Origin: Ramazzottius varieornatus | Taxonomy: Eukaryota; Animalia; Tardigrada | Direction of reading: 5' to 3' | Assembly: GCA_001949185.1 (NCBI GenBank) | Contig: BDGG01000002.1 | Location: 5,942,448-6,006,447 of the forward strand | DNA length: 64,000 nt | In this document: positions 11,071-21,667 of the stretch, one piece after another | Numbering within the stretch: the stretch's first letter is position 1 | How the letters are laid out: the number at the start of each line of letters is the position of its first letter | Position numbers and translations under genes: made by a program | The notes under the pieces: model-generated | Databases searched by the model: none | What the model was told of the DNA's origin: nothing | What the model saw: only the letters and a program-made list of their open reading frames with translations

Positions 11071-13828
11071 ATGCTGGGATTCTCCTTCAGTGGAATATTC
11101 TCTCCTGCCCCGCCCAAAAGCAACGAACTCCCCAGTGGATCTTGCCCAAATTCCTCATCTGCACCTTCCATCTCTTCCCACAAAAATATGGGTAAGCCAG
11201 AAAATATTTTCCCAAATTTCTTGTGGAAACGATTTTTCCGCTGATTTTCCGATGAGAATAAAATTTTTATCAGTGGGAGTTTCCGGCCGGAAAATTTGAA
11301 TAGACTTGTCCTGAATAGCTGGAAGTGAGGGCAACAGCGTAGGACTTTAGCGAGCGGCGACAACTGTCTGACCATTGCCCGCCAGAATATCCTTTCTGGC
11401 TGGTATTTCCCTCCGCTAATCGCTGTTGTCCTTCCTCTCTGTACTCTTGGGCCCACTCACATCTTTCCGTCTGGAAATGTCATTGCGAAATAGCCATGTA
11501 TGGCTGCTGTATAGAATTTGTGGATGATGAAATGGCCCGGCTTTGCCTGTGAAGGGGGGGAGTGGGAAGGAAGGCGGCATATGACGGTCTTGACGGGCAG
11601 GGATGACATCATCGAATGCTTCCCGTGAGAACCGCGACTGTCGTCAAATGAGTGCATCCTTTCACGCATTCACACCGTTAGCCTATAAAACAACACGAGA
11701 GAATTTTATTATTTTTTTTGGAACGAGGGGGGGGGGGTGGCGTTAAAGATCAGTATTCAGGGTGTCGGCAGGTGAATGGCGCCGATTGTCATTTGGTGTA
11801 GCGCACGTTTGCAGTATGAATGGCCAGGCGCATGCGCCACTTACGAAAGAACGATCGGTGTTATTCCATTAGCCGACGCTTTTTTCGCCTTGTGTGATTG
11901 GGTTTATTCACATGTGTTTTTTGGATGTATTTGTAGGTCGGACCTTTGCCGATATGGAGCGCAAGTACAAGACAGTGAGAACTATCGGCAGTGGCGGCTT
12001 CGGCAAAGTCTATTCGGGCTTCAGAAGAACGGACAAACAGCCGGTACGTTGATTGCTTTGATTGGATTTCCGGGTCTTTGCATTTGTTCAGTTAACAAGG
12101 CAAGGGAATTTCCTAAGTCTTTTTATTTCATTACAGGTGGCCATCAAAGTCGTCAACGGCAAGAAAGTCACATCGTACAGAACGGTAAGTCTAAGTGACT
12201 CTAAGTTGAGAAGTTGGTTGAGTGAGGGTTAATTGAATGATGGCAGACTTTCGTGGTAATGGCCGTCTCTTGGCTTGTTGGCTTGGCCACCCTATAGGAA
12301 AGTTCGGTGAGCTGTTCTTGGAAGATAGACGGAAGAAAATTAGTGAGGCTGGTTGGTGTTGGGCTTTAACTGTAGTGCTGTGTTCGAACTTGAGGAAGGG
12401 TCTGTTTCCTTCCACGGCTGACTCTGTGAACAGCCTCAAACTGTACACATCTGAATCATTGGCCTGTTTGTGCCAGCTTATACACAACAAGCTCGGTGTC
12501 TCGCGTGAAAAACTGGCCGCGAGGCAACGTCACTCGGCAGATCCGGTATGGAGGAAGTGAGTCAGGGCCGTGCTGTGGAAGAGGGTGTTCAGTCAGAGCC
12601 GTGCTGCAGTGGGAGGCAGGCAGGGCCGTGCCGCGTTGATGTGATGCGTCTTGTTTGAGCGAGGCTGCCTTGACTGTGTAGTAAGTGACGGGGGGTGGAG
12701 CTGCAGCGGGGTCAGAGGTGGTGAGTGGTGGGCACGGCCAGACGGCGCCCTGGCGTTGAATGGGCCTGGCAGTCGCCGAATGGATGGAATGAGTCAGAGA
12801 GACGGAAATATTAGATATTGCTGTGTAACGGTTATGAAAGTTAGAATGTTGCACAGAGACTGGCCGTTGTGGAAGGATTAGTGTTGCCGTTATCGAGGAT
12901 AGAAGACGAAGAGAGACTGAGGGAGGGAGGAGGAGAAAGGCTGCGTCACGCGCTTACATATTTGCACAGATTGCGATAGTCTTTACGGCCACGAGGATGC
13001 TCTACGATCGTTTGTACTCGTAGGCTTTTCCGCCATCGTTGTCAGAGTACTACTAACTTATCTGTCGTATCCTCTTATAGGGGTTATCGATTAACGGTAG
13101 CCGCGCGAACGGCAGCGCGAAAAGGCGCCGTTTTCCATCAGACTCGCTATCGTCGTAGACACGCTCGCGAGCTCATAAAACACGGTGGTTACGACATCAC
13201 AACGTTGCTCTCTTGCTCATGGTGTGTACACTCTCGCTCTTCCACATCACCAGAGGAGAGTAGAGTTTACAATGTGAATGATGCATTGGCTGAAATGATC
13301 GACACTTTTTGCTGAAGAATGGCTAAAGAGCTGCACTTCCGTCATTGTCAGCGAATCGCTTCGAGTTGAGGCAGGTCGTGTGGCACTTTTTCGAGTGAAG
13401 TCACGGGATAACCTGCCTATTAGCTGAGGTCAGCTCCCGCAGGTTGCGTCAGTAGCCAGCCTTGCTTCAATAATTGATTGGGGAGGCTTAAAGGTGTCTT
13501 GTGCTATTTTGCTGCAGTTTTCTTTTGTGCTGTTGTGTAAGAATGAGGGTTTCAATAGTGGGCGGGCTTGATGCTAGGTTGGCGTGTTTGGTAATTGGTC
13601 TAATTAATCTGCACGGTGTGTGGAATGCGCGCCGTTGCGACCCGTACGAAAGTTCCCTTGAATGGTACGGCGCCGGGCGCCAGCAGATTGGCGATTATTG
13701 ACGTGCGTCATGTGACTGTGTATATTTATAAATCAAAAGTTGCATCAGCGAAAAGCAGGCTAAAGTAAAGTTTAAATTTAGGCGATAAGATGAGCAAGAG
13801 CTGAGTTGAGAAGACGGCGAGCGCGGAG

Positions 13829-13861
<33 letters not shown>

Positions 13862-16800
13862 CAAAGAAGGCCAAAAGTAGCAAGGCGACGACCGATATGA
13901 AGCAGAGAGACTGGCCGAGGCCAGACAGACTGAATAAATGGAAAATGACGCGTGGGCGGAGCTCATCTGCACCGAACGTCCAGAGATATGGGAGGGTAAC
14001 TTTGAAATTTGCATTGCTGACGTCATCGCGGACTACCTGTCAACACGACCACGATATGGCCTGCGATTTTCATCAAGATGGCGAGCTGTGGTGGTAGATT
14101 TGGCCCGTTGACTGCACTCTATCTTGATTGATGGTTTGCCTTGACTGGAAGGAGGCTTTCGTTTCTTGGGTGGTGGATGGTTTCGGCGGGGAAATTTCAT
14201 AAGGTGAATGGAAGTCTGGCAGTTCATTTGAATTGGATAGAAAGCTCTGAGGTGGAAGAAACGTCAAAATGGAAGCGTTGAAGGTGGGTGGAAGTTGCCA
14301 AAGTGAGGGGAGAGAAATGGCGCCTTGCGTTCTCCCGCCAGAAATAGTGGTGACTTTACCTCATTTGGGCTCGAATGTTGACTGTGAGAAGTTGTGATGT
14401 GTGAAGAAGAAAGATAGGCTGCAGGCGAGACAGATTACGGAGTGAGAAAAATGCGGACGGACGTTGTGTCGAGATGGAAGAAGGCATGTGCGCAGACTGT
14501 ATAATAACGACGCCATAATTACAAAGGGAAGGAGCGGACGTTTGTTCTGGTGGGGATTAGGCTATGACTTCTTATCTTTCGTGGTTGCTTGTGCGGCTGG
14601 AACGATAATAAAGTTTGGAATGGTGGGAATGAAGAGATAAAAGAAGAAGGTGGGTCGTCATCGTCATATCAGACGGCAGAAACTTTCTGCGCCATGTTAT
14701 GTGGGTGTAATGATAAAGCGGTTGTTGATGACCGTCGACTTTGTGGCGGCAGGAGTAGGGATCAGGAAATCAGCGTAACTTTCTGCAGAAACTTTCTGCG
14801 CCATGTTATGTGGGTGTAATGATAAAGCGGTTGTTGATGACCGTCGACTTTGTGGCGGCAGGAGTAGGGATCAGGAAATCAGCGTAACGAAGAGGCTTTT
14901 GTCAGGAATAAACCTCAAGAATAATAGCTGGCATAAATGATGAAGTGTTACGTAAAAGGGCGGAGAAGGAATGTGAGGGCGGAAAGGGCACTGTAAGGCC
15001 GTAATTGTATGGCTGATTTATGGGCTTGATCGATCTAGCCGAAAGTGTAATGGGTTGACGCCTTGATTGAGAAGAATATGCAAAGTGACGCTTGATTGAC
15101 TAGTTGATTGACCGTTGGCTGTCCTTGTTGCAGATGAAAGGCCAGCAAGTACCACTGGAAGTGGCCATGCACAGTAAGGTCTCACATCTTCCGGGTGTTG
15201 TAAAGCTCCTGGACCATTTTCAAGGAGAAGGAGGAAACGGCAGTCACATCCTAGTGCTGGAGCGACCTGATCCCGTCCAGGATCTCTTTGACTTCATAAC
15301 GCAACGTGGTGCCTTGGATGAATTCATTGCCAGAGTCTTTTTCCGTCAGGTAAGCAAATTACGCAGGTCTTCCCTTATATTAATCCGCTTGCGTGCGAGA
15401 GAATAAAGTATTAATCCGGGTTGTTTTTGTAGATTGTGGAGACGATAGCTGCGTGTCACGACAATGGCGTTTGCCATAGGGACATTAAAGACGAAAATAT
15501 TCTGGTAGATATGCACACCGGAAGGTGCTACCTCATCGACTTTGGATCCTCCGATGAACTTAGAACTGAACCCTACCAAGGCTATGATGGTAAGAAACGT
15601 TTTTCAGATCTCTCTGAATTTTCTAGAAATTTATACGAGCCATCGGCTGCGAGGTTAGCTCACTTTGCAAGCACCTACACACATCCATTTGGCTTTAGAC
15701 GTGTGGTGTGCTGTATGCAGGTGCGTTGAAGTTGTTTGCGGAGCTTCTTGTAATTTCTGCTGACGGTTAATTGGCCTGATGTAATTGTGGGGGCAAGACC
15801 CATCATCGAAATTTACTGGGAGAATTTAGTTTGGAATTTTTGGGTAGTCTGGAAATTAACCGGGTATTTTTCTCTGGCAGCCGGAACCAAAGTATACTGT
15901 CCACCGGAGTGGGTGAAGACTGGAGTGTTCCACGCGTCCGCGGGTACCGTGTGGTCCTTGGGTATCCTCCTGTACGACATGCTGTGTGGCGACATACCCT
16001 TTGAGAATGAGGAGCAAATTCTGTCGGGGCATCTGTCGTGGAGGAACCCTGCCGTGCGCATCTCTGACCGTAAGTCCGAAACGCCAACACGCATTCTTTT
16101 GTAGACTATCTCGAGTCATCATCTGCCCTGTTACAGAATGGGGTGTAATGAAATATCGCAATTGAAGAATGTAACCTTGGTACTTTGGAACGGAATGCTG
16201 ATGTTGTTGTGTTTTTCTTGCAGGAGCACGCGATTTAGTAAGACGATGCCTGACTTTCAAGCCTGAACAACGCCTGACCATTGCGCAAATACTGGAGCAT
16301 CCCTGGCTCAACCAGTGCAAGTTTGACGACAACTTTGCTTACTACTTCCAGTCCTACTGCTCCAGAAGAACGCATAGAATGAAGACTGTCCTCAACAGCA
16401 CTTCACCCATCGCGGTGCCTTCCTCCATAACGACATCCTCAGCACCTACAACAGTCCGTCAAGGTAGAGATTCAGTAGGAGACGTTAGAGAGAAATTCGT
16501 TGAGATGGAACGAGCTGAAACCAGAACAAACCATAAAGTAACAATTGTTAGATAATCCAAACGAAAAAGATTGCTTACATTGACCACCTGCATACAGCGC
16601 ACCATGCAGTCCAAGTGGGTCGAATGTATGTAGGTGCGTAGGAAATCTGGACATGGAACGTGGCAACGGACTGCAGTTCTGACGATTGTTTTGCTGTATT
16701 TCAGGTGTGATACCGAATGCGGGACTGCAAAGCCAAAGCTGTTCCTTCACTCACGTCTTTTCTTCATCGTCACACGGAAGCGCAGGGTCCCCCCTTTCAC

Positions 16801-16928
16801 CCCAACGATGGACCTTTGACTGTGGCAGCAACACTCAGCCACGCAATGACTCTCTAGATTCACAAGGCAACAGCGAAGGAAAACTGTCACTATCAGGAAA
16901 CAGCATCGGTGAGATGGCCGCGTGCTGA
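11071..16928 (+). CDS. Pim: Pim-family serine/threonine kinase (~433 aa)
   Basis: Exons 11071-11191, 11937-12043, 12137-12184, 15134-15349, 15433-15589, 15881-16069, 16224-16463, 16705-16928. Motifs: [21 protein letters not shown], the Pim-specific hinge [41 protein letters not shown] and [19 protein letters not shown]. Confidence 0.95.
13830..13859. repeat. (TG)15 microsatellite in Pim intron 3
   Basis: Directly visible dinucleotide run. Confidence 0.97.
14676..14888. repeat. Perfect tandem duplication, period 109 bp
   Basis: 14676-14779 is identical to 14785-14888 (gcagaaactttctgcgcc...cagcgtaac), joined by tttct. Confidence 0.95.
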
Positions 16929-17789
16929 TGGAATGAATCGACCGCGCCTTGAAAATGTTGCCATAGCGAAGGTTGAATGGTGAACTTTGAGACGAAGACG
17001 ACAGCTGAAATCTTGATAGACGCACATACACACATAGCCACTTCCGTGCGATCCCTCCTCTCTCCTTTCCTCCCCCTTCTCTACTTTTCCTGTTGAATAA
17101 CTGGCGAGGACCTGAGCGAGCAAGCAAGAGGGACCGATTCCCGTTGAAGAGGACCTTCGAAAGATGATTGCTCAGTGCTGCTTTTGTTTCTTTCGTTCTT
17201 CAAAGTTCCAATGGACTTTGAGTTTTTCGCTGTACAGCTAACTACCAAAGAGCGAAAGAGTGACTGTCGTGAAGTGCGCAAGTTGGAAGGGGAAAAAGAG
17301 ACGGTGTTTCTGGTGGAACGGATGGAAGGAAAGACTTGCTAACGAATGACTGTGATACTTTGCTTTCTCTCTTTGCGTCGATTAGGAAGACCGATGTTTT
17401 GTTGAGGCTGCTCGCTGGACAGTTTGGCAGCTCTGCAAAGATGTGTTGGGAATTGACGAATAGAACTTCTGTGTTTCTTCCTCTCCTACACTTGGAAATT
17501 CTTTCTTTGACGTTGGCCGGGACCGATGGATGGCATTTCGAAACAGACGATGTTGTAATTTATTTGCGGCGTTTTTAAGTTATTGCTCTGCTTGGATGGA
17601 GCGAAGCATCCATGAGAAACCACTCTGTATATAGTTTACTTGTATATACATGTTATACCCTTTGAATAATCATACCACCCTTATTTGAATATTCCTAACT
17701 GAAAGTTCTATACCTTTGGAAATGTTCTGTTGTTCAATGTGGCGTTCTTTGTACATTATAAAACATATCTGAGAAAATCACTGTCGTAT

Positions 17790-17909
17790 GGGTGATGGGC
17801 AAAGAAAACGTGTGATATCGTTGTTTAATTGGCGCACTGTCACGTTGATTTCGGCTGGAAGGGTGCGCCAATTGCAGTAACGGCCCTGTACGTTTATTCT
17901 TCAGCTCCC
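17790..17909. mobile_element. Palindromic MITE family A copy
   Basis: TGGCGCAC-N25-GTGCGCCA core with degenerate GGG...CCC outer arms; the loop is in reverse orientation relative to most copies. Confidence 0.65.
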
Positions 17910-20671
17910 ATCATACTATTCGGTCTCAATGAGAACACATGAAATGCCACAACAAAATTCAGAGAACCTTCAACTTGGAGAGAAGCACTTCAAGAGCTGG
18001 TGGAAGAGGAAGCTTCGTATTGAAGAATCACTGATGCCGTATTTGCAGAGGAGCTTGATATCGAGCACCGATTTCGAACAGGCCGCTGGAAAAAAACAGC
18101 TGAAATTCTCTTTTCGATCTTTTGGGCTCGAAGTCGCAGTGACGTTTTGGTGTTCGATAGTACTCGGATGATTGTATACGTAAAGGAGAATAGTGGGAAC
18201 GCTGACCAAGGTTTCCGTGAGAGTTTATGCATGTTTTGGCGTCTGGTTGTAAAGCGATGAAGGGGGCGGAAGGCTGCTTAGGCATGCTGACGCAGGCATG
18301 CTTTGCCGAGAAATACAGCAAGATGCTGAGTCGTGCTGAAGTTCTCGGCATCAGCTGGATTACTGACGGAAGTGAGTCAAGTTCGAGCCCCGTTTTCCAC
18401 TAGCCTACGTCAGCCATATAACGCCGACGTCGTATCCGGCTTAACCACCTTTGAATATAATGGGTTGTCGGGAAACTTGTTGACTTGTGAACACAATAAA
18501 CGTGCGTTTGACATAACAAACGACACGAACCCTTAACCGACTCGACAGAATACGCCCTATTAAGACATTTTGTTAATTGGAGGATGAATTTTGTAGCACT
18601 GGTCTTTGAATAGGTTTCGGTTTATAGACGGCTGAATTAATTCTAAGGTTGAACGACCTTCCGGCTTTCCGAGAGTGGGTTTCTGCTGAGGGAATTTCTG
18701 ATCTGCGTTTCGCTGTCGCTCTGAAATATGATCTTTCACGAAATCGCAGTGTCTCGGATTTTCCTTGCAGATGGAAATTCCGAAACGATACATTGTGGAT
18801 TTATGCTCGACATATCAGTACGTCATGATTTTTTCGATCGGTTTTGTGGCTGCAAAGCCCGAGTTATAAAATCATAGGTCCGTACTGTTACGAGCAAGCC
18901 ACGCTGAGGAAATATCCATTTCCTTCGGCGGTTAATGGTTTGCCTGCTCGTCTTAAGCTGTCTTCATAATAAATGGAAGTGTGTAATATGTCGAAGAGAA
19001 ACACATCAAGGAAAATACCAACGCCGAGCAGAAGCGCTCCCCAGTTTCTCGTTAAGTCTAATAGCTATTTTGGCACCGGAAAATCCGGCCAAGTGAAACT
19101 AACGTCGTCGGTAATCAGACCTTTCATCCGCGCATTCGTCAAGACAAATGCGCCTGCAAACTTAGCGATTCAAGCCACATGATCGATGCTTAAATCAAGC
19201 TAATTTGGGTGTAATAGGTCTAGCTTAGAAATTTATGACATGCTTCAGAGCGACGGCGCGAAAAGCTCGACGGAAGTGCGTTTGGCAGCGTGGCATGCAA
19301 AAAGCAGCCCAGACAGTCTTTCGCAGTCTACCTGTCTCTGTGGGTTATACGGTACCTGTCTCAGCAACTTTGTCGACAGATATTCAACTTGAAAATCACG
19401 GAGTGTTCACAACAGTACTCTGTAGGTGGTGCGTGTCGTCTGCAAACTGGTGCCAATCGTTAGACGTAACTAACCTTACGGAACACGGTACACCGGTAAA
19501 AGCAAGGTCTAGCTGTACCTGTACAGGTTGGCCGTTGAACTAGATCCGCTTGAGTAAACGACCCGAAAAACACACAGCGGTTACCAAGGCCTCCGGCTGG
19601 TAAGACATGTCATTCCTACCGTGTTCGACGGCGAAGAAAAAGGCGAATCAAACGCCAATTGACATTCATTGGCCTGCCGATCAGTCGACATTGTTACCGG
19701 TACCGTAGAATATTTCGCTAACGTGAAACTAATCATCGGGAAAACCCGTCTTCTGCATTCATAGGTTCGCCATGAGAGCATAAGAAGGAACCCCGCGAAT
19801 CTTCGTGGCTCCTCATGTAGGTGGCGCCCTCTGCATGGCTATTGTGGCTTCGTAAAGTATCCTTCCGAATTTCGATTAGACTGGTTTTCGTTCCACACCT
19901 ACCACCGTTTATCATTGTTCAAAACGAAAATGGTGTCCGGCAAACACATCGCTGTAAATATCTTTGCATAAGATAATTATTTTATAAGTCTTAGTGGGAC
20001 GCGAGGTGATGATGAAGTCAGAACCTCAGAACGAAGTTCGATTCGGCATGGGTGTCTTCGAGGAGACATGGTGGCTTCGGTATTCGAAATTATTTGACAG
20101 GAAGGACCTATTGTTTCAAGATTACTGCATGTTCCAAACATGCCGTAAGTACTAAGAAGCACTTTGCCTAAATACACAAATTAACAAATGTATTTGAACC
20201 GCGTGCCTCACAAGGATTAACGTTAACATCGACACGTGTAGGTAGACTGAATTACGTAAACAAGATAAAGAATACAATTGAAGAAGAGAAACAAAGCACT
20301 GTTGATACAGTACTAAAGCTAAATATCCGAGAGATAATGGACCGAAGTTCGGAGGAATACCTGAGCCCTGCACGTGGACCTTCTTAACGTTTATATAACC
20401 CGGCGATAAAGCCCAGAAAAGGGGCGGCGTTTGTTTGCACTTGAAGCTATCTGTTGCGAGTCTCTTGGATAGAACCTGGTCGATCTCTTTGAACTATCAA
20501 TTGTTCCGTACAATAGTATTCGCTTATCCTTATTTCCGTAAGAGAAGTATCTTTACGGCGTGAATAGAGGAGAGCAGACTGGGTGGTCCAGATGTTCGAG
20601 CTGAGGAACTCGTCGGCATGGCGCAAAGTGATTCTCCAAAGTATGTAGCTTCCCGAAATTTATTCATAGTA

Positions 20672-20824
20672 CACGCGCCTTGCCTAATTATTAGCCGGGA
20701 TAAAAGTTTTGTCCCCTGGCCAAAAGCGACATCTCCCGGCTAAACTGACAATTAATCGAATCGTTGTCGCTTTCGGCCGGTGGTCAAAAATTTTGTCCCG
20801 GCTAACAATTAGGCCAGGCGCCTG
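20672..20824. mobile_element. Tc1/mariner-type MITE (TA-flanked foldback)
   Basis: TA|CACGCGCCTTGCCTAATTATTAGCCGGGATAAAA ... TTTTGTCCCGGCTAACAATTAGGCCAGGCGCCTG|TA. Imperfect TIRs of about 60 bp with TA on both sides. Confidence 0.8.
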
Positions 20825-21667
20825 TACTGCGGAAAGTTTTAGCAGTGGCTAATTTCTCAACAGGTACAAGGTGGTAAATTACACACCACACGAGGTACTT
20901 GAAAGCCGGACAACAGAGAAACGTTTTTTTGGCAGTGAAACTGAGAAGGTAGAAACCTACATCTGCAGATTCGCGCAAGGCTGGTGCTGACCGCGCTGAT
21001 TTTGCCGTCCAAACACCCATGATTCTGCTGAGGAAGACTACCGAGCAGTTATCAAGACTTGGATATTGATGATTTGTAAAGCAAATTGAACGAAATTTAA
21101 CACGTCTCAAGTGGTTTCCTGACACTGGTTCTAAATTCTGCGCGGCACGATTTGCCTTCTCAAATTTGACTTTCAAAACAAGCGTCACATAGCCGCGTGT
21201 TCTCTCATACTGGCAGAAAATCAAGACTCAGTTGCAAGAGTTAACAACAGATTATTAAGTAACTTTATACAACTTCGGGTAAAATACAGGCGAGATTTTT
21301 GAAGTGATGTCCTTAGTAAAAATTTACAAAAATGCATAAGTTAACTCTACCAGACAAGGCGACTACCGTACTACCAAGACATCACAAAATTCAAAGATGA
21401 AAAGAACATCAAATATCACAGCAGAGAAACGTAAATCTGGCACTGATCAACGCGAAGAAGACATGAAAAGGCTTACACGAAAGGCTAATACCGACTGACT
21501 CGATTCACACCGATTAAAACAATGAAAAGAATGAGACGAAGTCCTTGGGTTTCCTAGGACATGTTACTAACGAGTTCCATAAGAGCGTTGATCATTCGCC
21601 TACAAGCAGAACCCTCTTGTAACTCGTTGCATGGAGCCTAAAGGGAAGCTTAGAGACAGGAAGGGAT

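Noticed and set aside
19480-19620. Minus-strand RI*FNGQPVQVQLDLA, reminiscent of a small GTPase strand or a retroviral protease
   Set aside because: No P-loop, DTAG or DTGA motif is present and there is an internal stop, so it cannot be assigned.
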